From NCBI RefSeq assembly GCF_030068505.1, contig NZ_JAQOSO010000055.1, positions 219,541-243,540 of the forward strand: a stretch of 24,000 nt of DNA, read 5' to 3'. Below are positions 1 to 8,922 of the stretch, piece after piece. The stretch comes from Roseofilum capinflatum BLCC-M114 (lineage in GTDB: Bacteria > Cyanobacteriota > Cyanobacteriia > Cyanobacteriales > Desertifilaceae). Below the pieces are notes generated by a model. That model was not told the DNA's origin and searched no databases. It saw nothing but the letters and a program-made list of their open reading frames with translations. How positions within the stretch are numbered: position 1 is the stretch's first letter; each line of letters begins with the position of its first letter. A program made the translations under genes and the position numbers.

Positions 1-985
1 GCGAACCGGGGGCAATATCTGCCCCAACTTTATCGATGACTTGGGAAATTTCTGGGTTAATGACGATTGTCCCGGTATCGCCCCAATCTAAGGTGAGGGC
101 ACAGCGTCCAGAGGCAAATAAGGGGTGAACTTCATGGGTGGTTAGCTCTAGTTCGTTGGCAGGAGCGTATTGGGTGGTTTGTTTATAAATTTCTAAGGCT
201 TTGGCAAAGGCTTCATTATTGACTAAGGGTTTCATGGTTTCTGGATCGAAAAATATGCCTTGGCGAGTGCCTTGACTTTGGATAAAGGGACTGAGAATGG
301 AGCCGAACATCCAGTAAGATTGGGCATTGGGTTTTTTGGACATACAGGAGCCATAGTCGGGTTCGCCATCGCCATTGAGGTCTTTTCCGTGGAAGGCTTG
401 AGCAATTTTGAGGTAGTCATCCCAGGTTTTGGGGGGATTCAGTCCTTCTTGTTCGAGTAAGTCGGAACGGTAATAGACCATTTGGAAGTCACCATCGAGG
501 GGAATGGTGTAGATTTTTCGGTCGTAGGTGGTGCTGAATTCGCGGAAAAACGGGGCGATGTCGTTCCATTCTAGGGCGGGGTCGTTGGCGATGCGCCCAT
601 CTAATTCTTCTAAGTATCCAGGAGCAGCAAAATCAACCATCCATTGGGGCGCAAATACAATCAGGTCATATTTTTTTGTCCCTTGGCTTAAGTCATCGAG
701 AATGGTTTGATAGAGTTGGCCAAAGGGAACGGTGACGATGTTAATGTTGACTCCTGTGAGACGCTCAAAGTCGGGGGCACGACGGTTGAGGGGTTCGTAT
801 ATGGTGGGGCCCACTTCGGTTAAAACGGTTAGGGTTACGCCTTCAAAGTTCTGGACTGGGGTGCTGGAGGGAGTAGGGGGGGGAGTTTCGGCAATGGGAG
901 CAGGTGGAGTCTGGCAAGCAGATAGGGCGAAAGTAAGGCTTAGGGGGAGGAGGGATTTTTTGAGGCGATCGAAGGAAACGTGCAT
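1..985 (-). CDS. ABC transporter substrate-binding lipoprotein (family-1 extracellular solute-binding protein, sugar-type). The 3' end is cut by the window edge.
   Basis: Absent from the ORF track because it runs off the window. Reading the reverse complement from the ATG at 985..983, the frame is open to base 2 (328 codons). It begins MHVSFDRLKKSLLPLSLTFALSACQTPP (lipobox LSAC). It continues ...YEPLNRRAPDFERLTGVNINIVTVPFGQLYQ...KKYDLIVFAPQWMVDFAAPGYLEELDG...YTIPLDGDFQMVYYRSDLLEQEGLNPPKTWDDYLKIAQAFHGKDLNGDGEPDYG..., which is typical of sugar SBPs. Confidence 0.75.
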   Translation of the reverse strand, partial: MHVSFDRLKKSLLPLSLTFALSACQTPPAPIAETPPPTPSSTPVQNFEGVTLTVLTEVGPTIYEPLNRRAPDFERLTGVNINIVTVPFGQLYQTILDDLSQGTKKYDLIVFAPQWMVDFAAPGYLEELDGRIANDPALEWNDIAPFFREFSTTYDRKIYTIPLDGDFQMVYYRSDLLEQEGLNPPKTWDDYLKIAQAFHGKDLNGDGEPDYGSCMSKKPNAQSYWMFGSILSPFIQSQGTRQGIFFDPETMKPLVNNEAFAKALEIYKQTTQYAPANELELTTHEVHPLFASGRCALTLDWGDTGTIVINPEISQVIDKVGADIAPGS

Positions 986-1072
986 GGTTTATAGTAATTG
1001 GATCTGAACCCGTATGGGAAGTAGTTTACCGAAAAATGTGGCTTTGGTTCTGTCTTGTCCACTGGTGACTTT

Positions 1073-2575
1073 ATGACTCGTATCCCCAAGTTAACTTACG
1101 ATCGCGGCACATTAATTTTGCATCCTCCACCGAGGGGAAAAACTTGGGTTGATTATGCCACTTGGGATGACCGGGTGGAAAAGTTTCGTATTCTAGCTAT
1201 TCATTATCGCCGGTTGCTGGAAACGTTATGGGAGGAAAAGGCGGTATTTGACGATCGCGCAAAAGAATTTTATCCGGTAGAATTAATCCCAGCCCTAGAA
1301 ATGACTCCCTATCCCCATCAGGTGGAGGCGCTACAAGCTTGGCGGGATGCCCAACGTCAGGGGGTGGTGGTGCTGCCGACGGCTGCGGGAAAGACGTATT
1401 TGGCGCAGTTGGCGATGCAGATTACGCCGCGAACGACGTTGATTGTTGTGCCGACGTTAGATTTGATGCATCAATGGTATGCCCATTTGCAGGCAGCGTT
1501 TCCGGATGTGGAGGTGGGGTTATTGGGGGGCGGATCTCGCGATCGCACTCCCATTTTGATTTCTACCTATGACAGTGCAGCGATTTATGCGGAGGCTCTG
1601 GGATCTCGCTATGGGTTGCTGATCTGCGATGAGTGTCATCATTTACCGACCGAATTTACGCGAGTGATTGCTGAATATGCGATCGCTCCCTATAGATTAG
1701 GCTTAACCGCGACATTGGAGCGAGCAGACGGACGACACCGAGATTTAGCCTTCTTATTGGGCGAAACCGTGTATCAGAAAACGGCACAAGAGTTATCGGG
1801 TAAGGCGTTAGCTCACCATGAAGTGGTACAAATTAAGGTGAAACTCTCGCAACAGGAGAAGCACCGATATGAGGCATTAATTGAAGAACGGAATCAATTT
1901 CTGCGATCGTCTAACATTTTCCTCGGTTCTGTCAAAGGCTGGCAACTCTTTGTCCGTGCCAGTTGTCGCTCTTCTGAGGGCCGTAGAGCTATGTTAGCCC
2001 ATCGCGAAGCAAAGGCGATCGCCCTATCCACTGACAGCAAACTCCGCGTTCTTCAAGACCTCCTCAGTCAACATTATCCCGAAAAAATCCTCATTTTCAC
2101 CGCCGATAATGCCACCGTTTATCAGATTTCCCAAACCCTCCTCATTCCCGCCATTACCCACCAAACCCCCGTTAAAGAACGCCATGATATTCTCACCCGC
2201 TTTCGTCACGGAGAATATCAAACCCTAGTCGCTTCCCATGTCTTAAATGAAGGCGTTGATGTCCCCGATGCTCGCATTGCCATCATCCTATCTGGAACCG
2301 CATCCAAGCGGGAATACATTCAACGGTTAGGGCGAGTCTTGCGGAAAGGTTCCCAAAAAAATAAACAAGCCATCCTCTATGAAGTGATCGCCGAAAATAC
2401 CGCCGAAGAGCGCACCTCCGAACGTCGTCGCGGAGAACCGCAAAAATCACCTCCTTCCCTGACTCCCTTGCGCCTAATTTATGGCAAAGGAGACACTCAA
2501 ACCCAACGAGCAGCAGAAAATTCCTCTTCCTATTCCACGGAAACAAAAGAGGAGAAGCTCGACGACGATCGCTAA
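1073..2575 (+). CDS. XPB/Rad25(Ssl2)-like SF2 DNA helicase (DEAD/DEAH-box, type III restriction res-subunit-like core)
   Basis: ORF 1055..2575; the first ATG is at 1073 (MTRIPKLTYDRGTLILH, an XPB-type N-terminal motif). Helicase motifs: I VLPTAAGKT, II LLICDECHH, III LGLTATLER, V LVASHVLNEGVDVPDA, VI QRLGRVLR. The C-terminal tail is acidic and Ser-rich. Confidence 0.85.
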   Translation: MTRIPKLTYDRGTLILHPPPRGKTWVDYATWDDRVEKFRILAIHYRRLLETLWEEKAVFDDRAKEFYPVELIPALEMTPYPHQVEALQAWRDAQRQGVVVLPTAAGKTYLAQLAMQITPRTTLIVVPTLDLMHQWYAHLQAAFPDVEVGLLGGGSRDRTPILISTYDSAAIYAEALGSRYGLLICDECHHLPTEFTRVIAEYAIAPYRLGLTATLERADGRHRDLAFLLGETVYQKTAQELSGKALAHHEVVQIKVKLSQQEKHRYEALIEERNQFLRSSNIFLGSVKGWQLFVRASCRSSEGRRAMLAHREAKAIALSTDSKLRVLQDLLSQHYPEKILIFTADNATVYQISQTLLIPAITHQTPVKERHDILTRFRHGEYQTLVASHVLNEGVDVPDARIAIILSGTASKREYIQRLGRVLRKGSQKNKQAILYEVIAENTAEERTSERRRGEPQKSPPSLTPLRLIYGKGDTQTQRAAENSSSYSTETKEEKLDDDR

Positions 2576-2614
2576 ATTCTCCCAACTATCCCTCTTCTTT
2601 CACTCTAGGCAGTT

Positions 2615-2642
2615 GTAGGGGAGAAAAATGTTTCTCCCCTAC
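2615..2642. terminator. Perfect 12-bp hairpin between the convergent helicase and tRNA-His 3' ends (candidate bidirectional terminator)
   Basis: GTAGGGGAGAAA-aatg-TTTCTCCCCTAC, a 12-bp perfect stem with a 4-nt loop. It lies 40 nt after the helicase stop and 36 nt after the tRNA 3' end. There is no long U-tract. Confidence 0.5.
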
Positions 2643-2677
2643 TGAATCGAAATGACTATCACTGAAATTTTTAAGAG

Positions 2678-2751
2678 GGCGAACGACGGGAGTTGAACCC
2701 GCGAATGGCGGAACCACAATCCGCTGCCTTAACCACTTGGCTACGCTCGCC
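2678..2751 (-). tRNA. tRNA-His (anticodon GUG)
   Basis: Reverse complement: GGCGAGCGTAGCCAAGTGGTTAAGGCAGCGGATTGTGGTTCCGCCATTCGCGGGTTCAACTCCCGTCGTTCGCC. Anticodon stem GCGGA/TCCGC with loop TTGTGGT gives GTG. T-arm is GCGGG-TTCAACT-CCCGT. The 8-bp acceptor stem with an encoded G-1 is the tRNA-His hallmark. No CCA is encoded. Confidence 0.93.
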
Positions 2752-2793
2752 ATAATTTTTGACTGTAGACCACTATAGCACACTTCTGGAGAA

Positions 2794-4062
2794 TTAGCTA
2801 CCCTGGGCAGCCATTTTTTCTAAGAAACAGGTGGCAATTCTTTGGGATGCACCGGGATCGCCCATGCGTCGCCGGCCATTGTCATAGATGAGTTGGAGGA
2901 GATCGGGGTCTTGTAGGAGGTCTTGGAGGGTTTGGGGTACGGCGTGGGGACTTTTGACTTGCATGATAGAGGGGCCGAGGAGTTGGGCTTGGACTTGAGC
3001 AAACTGGGGGGTAAATTGGGGGCCTTTTCCGGGGAGGGTGAGGGCAGGTTTACCGAGGCCGACAAATTGCTCGGTGGCGGTTCCGGCCATGGCTAGGGCA
3101 AAATGGGCTTGTTGTAGACAGGTGCTATAGGCGTTTTGGGTTAAGAAGAGTGTGCCGTTACTAAGGGTGTAACAGAGGGTTTCTGGAGAGGGAAGATCGA
3201 GACCTTCGGGTGGCTCATTGCGCCGCCAGCCGTAGGATTCAAGGATTTGACCGAAGGTTTCTAAGCCGAATCCGGGGGCGATCGCCCCAAACACCGTTAT
3301 TGGCCGATGCAACCCCTTAAACGGCTGGGGTTCGCCAATCACTTGCCCCACCGCAGTTAACAGCACCTGCCAATTCTCATAAGCTTCCGGAGCGCGGGAA
3401 CCGGGAAGTAAAACCAATGCTAAAGATTTGCCCTCCTCCTCCGGTTCCTTCTCCATCGGTAACACATCATCCATCATCGGATTGCCACAATCAAACACCG
3501 GCAACTGCTGCCACTGTTGCAGGGTTTGGGCGGTTAACCGATCCCTAGGAAACACTCCCACACAGCGCTTGCGTCCCATTAACCACCGCTCCCACGGCAA
3601 ATACACTGAACCCGACCAACCCGGCCCAAACCAACGACGGGCGGTTAAGGGGCCGTTCTCATCCTGAATCCAATATTCTGATTTAGCGGTAGCCACAAAT
3701 GCATAGGGTAAACCACTGAGCCAAGCCAACAGGAGGGGCACAATATCCCCAACCGCTAAGACTGCACCCCCGTCTTTGGCCCAGGTGCGAATGGCTCCAT
3801 ACTGTTGCCAAATCAACTGCAACATTCCCGCTTTCACATCTTTGGCTAACTGGCGACTTTCCATATAGACAAAGCCCCCAGAGGGCATCGCTTTCACTGG
3901 GCCAATTAAGGGAATATCCATGTGCCGATAGGCCATACCTTCCCCCACCAGGGACAGAGCCGATAATTCGGGAGGATTGGGTGTGGTCTGGAATTGGCGT
4001 AAGATGCGAGTGGCGATCGCATCTTCTCCATGGCCATTACTCAAGCATAGGATTCGCATCAT
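2794..4062 (-). CDS. Lipid-A-disaccharide synthase-related protein (cyanobacterial LpxB-like glycosyltransferase-fold family)
   Basis: 422-aa ORF. The N-terminus MMRILCLSNGHGEDAIA..., then LVGEGMAY...MPSGGFVY and a C-terminal MAGTATEQFVGLGKP block, match my recollection of the conserved cyanobacterial LpxB-related family. Assigned from memory, not searched. Confidence 0.65.
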   Translation of the reverse strand: MMRILCLSNGHGEDAIATRILRQFQTTPNPPELSALSLVGEGMAYRHMDIPLIGPVKAMPSGGFVYMESRQLAKDVKAGMLQLIWQQYGAIRTWAKDGGAVLAVGDIVPLLLAWLSGLPYAFVATAKSEYWIQDENGPLTARRWFGPGWSGSVYLPWERWLMGRKRCVGVFPRDRLTAQTLQQWQQLPVFDCGNPMMDDVLPMEKEPEEEGKSLALVLLPGSRAPEAYENWQVLLTAVGQVIGEPQPFKGLHRPITVFGAIAPGFGLETFGQILESYGWRRNEPPEGLDLPSPETLCYTLSNGTLFLTQNAYSTCLQQAHFALAMAGTATEQFVGLGKPALTLPGKGPQFTPQFAQVQAQLLGPSIMQVKSPHAVPQTLQDLLQDPDLLQLIYDNGRRRMGDPGASQRIATCFLEKMAAQGS

Positions 4063-4242
4063 GCACTAAAAAACCGTTCAAACTAACCCTTCCATGAGTA
4101 GCATAGACTGTTCCAGCTTCAACAGCAGTTTTTGCGCTTCTAAAAATTTCCCTGAATTAAGGCTCTAACCCCAGTAAAGACAGTCAGAGCCAATCTGTCA
4201 GCAGTTTGTCTACTGGATCGGGAAAAAGGTGCAGGTGAAGCC

Positions 4243-6573
4243 GTGACTCAAGAATTTCATTTGTCCGTCACGCCAGTCGGTTATGTCAGGGAAAGCGCCA
4301 GCGAAAATCTCCCCCTGCGTAAAACCTACTTAGTGCGAACTGAATTCGTCGCTCCTGGAGTTCCCCTAGCGGAAGAACAGGTGGAGTGGCCGATCGCCGA
4401 TTGGCTAGAATTAACGGAGTATTTGATCGGCGATCCCCTGTTTTCGACTCCGATTTCCTCCGAGTCGGTGGATTTAGTCAGTTTCGGGAAAAGCTTGTAC
4501 CATTCCCTCTTTCAAGGCACGATCGCCCAAAGTTGGCATACTGCCCAAGGAATTGCCCATAATCGCACCCAGCCCCTACGGTTGCGTTTATACTTGAAAG
4601 ATCCCTTAGTCGCCAAATTGCCTTGGGAAATCCTCCATGGAGGCGATCGCCCCCTCACCACGAATACGGAAATTCTCTTTTCTCGCTATCATCTTAACCC
4701 CAGAATCCGACCGTTACAGGACAATCCCATTGTCGATCCGTTAAAAATTTTGATGGTGCTTTCAGCGCCCAGCGATCAACAAGGATTAGCTCTCGATCAA
4801 GAAATGCATCGCTTAAAAGGGGAATTGCAACACCATGAAGGCATGGGTTTAGATATCCATCTCGATATTCTCACCTTTCCCGATCGCGAACAACTCACCC
4901 GAACCCTAGAACAAGGACAATATCATATCTTTCATTATTCTGGCCATAGTCAAGCCAATGCCTGGGGAGGCGAAATCTATCTCAAAAATCAACACAGTGG
5001 CTTAACTGAACAACTTCATGGAGACGATTTAGCCGGTTTATTGGTGAATAATGGGATTTTGATGGCCCTGTTTAATTCCTGTTCTAGTGCAGGAACCGGA
5101 GATACCAGTTTAGCGGAAAGTTTGCTCAAACGCGGTATTCCCAGTGTATTGGCCATGGGCGATCGCATCCCGGATCAGGTGGCGATCACATTTAGTCAAT
5201 TGTTCTACCGCAATCTTAAACGAGAATATGCCATTGATTTAAGCTTAAATCGGACGCGCCAAGGTCTAATTGCCGCCTATGGTTCCGATGCGCTCTATTT
5301 TGCCCTGCCCATTCTCTATTTGCAACTGGGATTTGTACAATTTTCACCTCCCGATCGTCCCTCCTCTGCTGCATCTGTTCCTGTACCTTCTGTCGCTCCT
5401 CCACCGGTTTATCACTCTCCTGTCCAGAAGGATCGAGCCTATTATCAACAGCGAATTCAAAAGAATCCCCAAGATGTGGAAGCCTACGATCGCTTAGGAC
5501 TGATTTTTTATCAAGAAGGCCAGATAGAAGATGCGATTGATGCCCATCAGATGGCCCTATTAAATGATGCTAATTATACTGATGCTTATTACCATTTAGG
5601 CTGTATTTTCTATGAAAAAGGACAGATCCAAGAAGCCATTAAATTCTATCGTCAAGCCCTCAATATCGATCCCGAACATCCCCAAGCCAATATTGCCCTC
5701 AATCAAGCTTTGGCACACAGTCAAGCGGTTTCTGTTGCCCCCGTCGAGATCCCCGAAGAACAACAGTTATCCGACAAGAGGCGATGGATGTTTCCATTAC
5801 CCATTGGACGGTTTTGGTTAATTGGTATGGGGATTTTGGGAGGGGTGTCTATCCTGATGTTTGCTGTTTTTCAAGCCTACATGAGTTGGCTCGATTTCCA
5901 GCAAAGGTCTGCGATTGTCCTACCTTCTCCGCTTCCTGTGGAGCGATCTAATCCAGACAATGCCAATCAGACTCTGGTGATTTCGGCGATCGCCGCGTTT
6001 AATCAAGGTAATGTAGAGCAGGGAATTACCTATGTGGCAACGTTGCTTGAGAGTGATAATGGAGTCATTTCCTATGCCCAGCAAGCCCTAGAAACTGCTC
6101 CCCGTTACTTACAAAATGAGTCGGAATTTAACTATATTTGGGGACGCTTGGTTTGGCAAGCCATGCAACAGGGAAGTTTAATTTTCAGTGTGGATGATGC
6201 CAGACGCTATTGGCAATCTGCGATCAAAATAGATGACCAACAGCCAAAATATTACAATGCTCTAGGATTTGCCTATTATGCCCAGGAAAATTGGTATGAG
6301 GCTCGGAAGAATTTTTCTAAAGCAAGAGAGATCGCTAAATCCCAAAATTTCCCAGAAACCTTAACAGCTTATGCGGGATTAGCTTTGGTTTTGGCTCAAG
6401 ATAATCAAGAGGAACAGGCGGTTGAGTTCTATCAGTTTGTCATCCAGAACGATCCATTGGCGTTTCAGCCTCTATATCTGGGAACCCACAATTGGTTATG
6501 GACGAATGAGGCGATCGCTCAATGGGGCTTTTTGGGCGATCGTTTGCCTCAAGTCGCAGAGAACAATAATTAG
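4243..6573 (+). CDS. CHAT-domain (caspase-like peptidase) protein with TPR repeats, one transmembrane helix and a C-terminal TPR-like domain
   Basis: 776-aa ORF with a GTG start. CHAT His/Cys dyad context: IFHYSGHSQ and ALFNSCSSAG. Pro-rich linker SPPDRPSSAASVPVPSVAPPPV. Three canonical TPRs (AYDRLGLIFYQEGQIEDAIDAHQMAL..., AYYHLGCIFYEKGQIQEAIKFYRQAL...). Hydrophobic helix FWLIGMGILGGVSILMFAVFQAY. About 230 further aa carry TPR-like YYNALGFAYYAQENWYEARKNF. Confidence 0.8.
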   Translation: MTQEFHLSVTPVGYVRESASENLPLRKTYLVRTEFVAPGVPLAEEQVEWPIADWLELTEYLIGDPLFSTPISSESVDLVSFGKSLYHSLFQGTIAQSWHTAQGIAHNRTQPLRLRLYLKDPLVAKLPWEILHGGDRPLTTNTEILFSRYHLNPRIRPLQDNPIVDPLKILMVLSAPSDQQGLALDQEMHRLKGELQHHEGMGLDIHLDILTFPDREQLTRTLEQGQYHIFHYSGHSQANAWGGEIYLKNQHSGLTEQLHGDDLAGLLVNNGILMALFNSCSSAGTGDTSLAESLLKRGIPSVLAMGDRIPDQVAITFSQLFYRNLKREYAIDLSLNRTRQGLIAAYGSDALYFALPILYLQLGFVQFSPPDRPSSAASVPVPSVAPPPVYHSPVQKDRAYYQQRIQKNPQDVEAYDRLGLIFYQEGQIEDAIDAHQMALLNDANYTDAYYHLGCIFYEKGQIQEAIKFYRQALNIDPEHPQANIALNQALAHSQAVSVAPVEIPEEQQLSDKRRWMFPLPIGRFWLIGMGILGGVSILMFAVFQAYMSWLDFQQRSAIVLPSPLPVERSNPDNANQTLVISAIAAFNQGNVEQGITYVATLLESDNGVISYAQQALETAPRYLQNESEFNYIWGRLVWQAMQQGSLIFSVDDARRYWQSAIKIDDQQPKYYNALGFAYYAQENWYEARKNFSKAREIAKSQNFPETLTAYAGLALVLAQDNQEEQAVEFYQFVIQNDPLAFQPLYLGTHNWLWTNEAIAQWGFLGDRLPQVAENNN

Positions 6574-6666
6574 GCAAAAGGCAAAAGGGAATGGGGCATA
6601 GGAGGAAAATTGCTCTCAGCCCATTGTTAATTATTAATTGTTAATTGTTAATTAATAATTAATACT
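6573..6666. repeat. Two adjacent STRR-like heptamer arrays in the CHAT/cobO convergent spacer
   Basis: 6573-6607: GGCAAAA GGCAAAA GGGAATG GGGCATA GGAGGAA. 6625-6666: TTGTTAA TTATTAA TTGTTAA TTGTTAA TTAATAA TTAATAC. The AT-rich array also forms the palindrome TTAATTATTAA...TTAATAATTAA and overlaps the cobO stop codon. Confidence 0.7.
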
Positions 6667-7282
6667 CAATTCCTGGTTGTGCTTTTACCCCTTGTTCGCG
6701 GAATGGGTGTTTAATTAACTTCATTTCTGTGACTAAATCTGCGGCTTCAATCAAGGCTTCTGGCGCACCTCTTCCGGTGAGAATGACGTGAGAATTTTCT
6801 GGTTTGCTGGTTAAACCGGTGAGAATCTCTTCAACTTGTAAATATCCCAATTTAAGGGCAACATTAATTTCATCGAGGAATACGAGGCGAAATTCTGGGT
6901 TTTGGATATAGGTTAAGGCTTGTTGCCAAGCTTCTGTGGCTTTGGCAATGTCGCGATCGCGGTCTTGAGTATCCCAGGTAAAGCCTTCTCCCATGGCCTT
7001 AAATTCGAGTTGCTGGGGAACCCAAGGTTGTAAAACGGCTTTCTCTGCCGGTTCCCATGCGCCTTTGATAAATTGCACGATCGCCACTTTATACCCTTGA
7101 CCGAGCGATCGTAAGACCATCCCTAACCCGGCAGTGGTTTTTCCTTTGCCATTTCCGGTATGGACGATGATTAACCCTTTTTCCTTATCCGCTTTACTGA
7201 CGCGCTCTTTCTGCACCTCCTGGCGGCGTTGCATTTTTTTCTGGTATTGTTCGGCGCTCAGAGATGAAGATTGGGTATCCAT
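6659..7282 (-). CDS. cobO: Cob(I)yrinic acid a,c-diamide adenosyltransferase (cob(I)alamin adenosyltransferase)
   Basis: 207 aa. P-loop HTGNGKGKTTAGLG and IVQFIKG, then LDEINVALKLGYL...VILTGRGAP, typical of CobO/BtuR. Confidence 0.88.
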   Translation of the reverse strand: MDTQSSSLSAEQYQKKMQRRQEVQKERVSKADKEKGLIIVHTGNGKGKTTAGLGMVLRSLGQGYKVAIVQFIKGAWEPAEKAVLQPWVPQQLEFKAMGEGFTWDTQDRDRDIAKATEAWQQALTYIQNPEFRLVFLDEINVALKLGYLQVEEILTGLTSKPENSHVILTGRGAPEALIEAADLVTEMKLIKHPFREQGVKAQPGIEY

Positions 7283-7339
7283 AGCAGAAATACGGTTGAC
7301 ATTCTGTCTATAGTTTATCAGAAGAATGGGTCTAAAACC

Positions 7340-7356
7340 CCGTCCTTCTAGGACGG
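7340..7356. repeat. IS200/IS605 left-end subterminal hairpin
   Basis: Perfect 7-bp stem with a 3-nt loop, CCGTCCTTCTAGGACGG. It overlaps the tnpA stop codon. Confidence 0.7.
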
Positions 7357-7749
7357 CTTTTCTGGTTCTCTAATGTACTGCTTTAGAACTTCTATTGGCG
7401 CACCTCCAATGGAGCTAACAAAATAGCTAGGACTCCAGAGGGCATCCTTTCCATAGGGTTTAGGGTAGCCAGCTTGACCATATCGGCGGCTAGAAACGCC
7501 TTTTAGGGCATTCACCATCTGAGAGATAGAAAGCTTAGGTGGGTACTCAATCAGCGCGTGAATATGATCAGACTCTCCATTGAATTCGAGGATCTGAAAA
7601 TTCATTTTCTTAGCCACTTCATTAAAAGACTTTCCGATAACTGCAAGGCTTTCAGCCGTGAACACAGATCTACGATACTTAGTTACACAGACCAAGTGAA
7701 TCTTAAGACTTGAAATACTGTGTCTTTCCTTGCGTAAGCTAGTTGTCAT
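7348..7749 (-). CDS. tnpA: IS200/IS605 family Y1 (HUH) transposase TnpA
   Basis: 133 aa. HLVCVTKYRRSVF, HUH motif DHIHALIEY, and a C-terminal catalytic Tyr context APIEVLKQYIRE. The length is typical of an intact TnpA. Confidence 0.92.
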   Translation of the reverse strand: MTTSLRKERHSISSLKIHLVCVTKYRRSVFTAESLAVIGKSFNEVAKKMNFQILEFNGESDHIHALIEYPPKLSISQMVNALKGVSSRRYGQAGYPKPYGKDALWSPSYFVSSIGGAPIEVLKQYIREPEKPS

Positions 7750-7770
7750 TTTCTGTAGACCCAGTTACAA

Positions 7771-7776
7771 TATAAT
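7771..7776 (+). promoter_or_regulatory. Candidate -10 box (TATAAT) in the tnpA/tnpB divergent spacer
   Basis: TATAAT lies 25 nt upstream of the tnpB ATG, inside the 51-bp AT-rich divergent spacer. No convincing -35 element was seen. Confidence 0.25.
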
Positions 7777-7800
7777 TACAGACCAATTCTAGCATAGACA

Positions 7801-8922
7801 ATGAAAGCCAGATATCAATACCGTTTCTATCCAACCGACCAACAGCGACAGAGCCTAGCTCAGTTGTTTGGCTGTGTTCGGGTGGTGTGGAACGACGCTT
7901 TAGCTTTCAGTAAGTCCGATAAATACCCTGGGTACAACAAACTTTCTGCGATGTTGACTCAGGCAAAGAAGACTGAGACTAGAAGCTGGCTCTCTGGTGT
8001 TTCATCCGTTCCGTTGCAGCAATCTCTTAAGCAGTTAGATGCCGCCTACAAAAACTATTTCAATTCCTTAAAGGGAAAGCGAAAAGGTAAAAAAGTAGGT
8101 CAACCCAAGTTTAAGAAAAAGACATACGATCAGTCTGCAACGTTTACAAAAGCAGCGTTTTCCATCAAAGAAAAAGAAGTATTTTTAGCTAAAATAGGCC
8201 CTCTAAAGCCAATTTGGTCTAGAGAGTTGCCGTCTGACCCAAGTTCTGTAACGGTTATCAAAGATTGCTCTAACCGCTATTTTCTCAGCTTTGTGGTAGA
8301 GATTGAACCCATTCATGTCGATGCGAAAAACCAAAGTATCGGAATTGATTTAGGGATCAAGACATTTGCCGTAATGTCTGATGGCTCTAAGGCTGTCAGC
8401 CCTGACTACTCAAAGGCAGATCGCAAAATTCACAAGCTTCAGAAGAAACTAGCTCGTCAGCAAAAAGGCTCAAACCGGAGAAATAAAACTCGTCTTCAGA
8501 TGGCTAAACTACACCATCGTATTTCAGATACGCGCAAAGATTTCTTGCACAAACTATCTACTAAGATTGTTCGTGAAAACCAAACGATTGTTTTAGAGGA
8601 TTTGAACGTATCAGGCATGGTCAAGAATCGCCAGCTTGCGAGGTCTATTAGTTGGCAAGGTTGGAGAGAGTTTAGAGATCTCTGTGAGGCAAAATCTCAG
8701 AAGTTTGACAGAGCGTTTCACATCATCAATCGATGGGAACCGACTAGCCAGATCTGTTCTGAGTGCGGCTACAAATGGGGCAAGCTCGATCTAAAAATTC
8801 GGTCGGTTCGATGCTTAAGTTGTGGCACTGAACACGACCGAGATGAGAATGCAGCGAAGAATATAGAAAAAAGTCGCCATAGGGCATTGGGAGACTTTAA
8901 ACGGACGCAGAGACGCAAGTAA
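7801..8922 (+). CDS. tnpB: TnpB (IS605 OrfB / IS1341-type RNA-guided endonuclease)
   Basis: 373 aa. N-terminal YRFYPTDQQRQSLAQLFGCVRVVWNDAL. RuvC triad contexts IGIDLGIK, IVLEDLNVSGM and HDRDENAAKNI. Zinc ribbon CSECG...CLSCG. Confidence 0.92.
   Translation: MKARYQYRFYPTDQQRQSLAQLFGCVRVVWNDALAFSKSDKYPGYNKLSAMLTQAKKTETRSWLSGVSSVPLQQSLKQLDAAYKNYFNSLKGKRKGKKVGQPKFKKKTYDQSATFTKAAFSIKEKEVFLAKIGPLKPIWSRELPSDPSSVTVIKDCSNRYFLSFVVEIEPIHVDAKNQSIGIDLGIKTFAVMSDGSKAVSPDYSKADRKIHKLQKKLARQQKGSNRRNKTRLQMAKLHHRISDTRKDFLHKLSTKIVRENQTIVLEDLNVSGMVKNRQLARSISWQGWREFRDLCEAKSQKFDRAFHIINRWEPTSQICSECGYKWGKLDLKIRSVRCLSCGTEHDRDENAAKNIEKSRHRALGDFKRTQRRK

Noticed and set aside
232-1007. Track ORFs 232..420(-), 260..460(+), 528..710(+), 732..1007(+)
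   Set aside because: All lie inside, and out of frame with or antisense to, the long open minus-strand reading frame 1..985. That frame has a convincing lipoprotein signal and SBP motifs. These ORFs have low-complexity, non-protein-like sequences.
2586-2783. 65-aa minus-strand ORF
   Set aside because: It is the translation of tRNA-His and its flanks, not a protein gene.
2678-4242. Possible genomic island integrated at tRNA-His
   Set aside because: I saw no integrase, no duplicated tRNA 3' segment, and the neighbouring genes look like conserved housekeeping genes.
7283-7347. Cobalamin riboswitch upstream of cobO
   Set aside because: The spacer is only about 65 nt and is occupied by the IS left end and hairpin. 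No B12-box-like element is visible.
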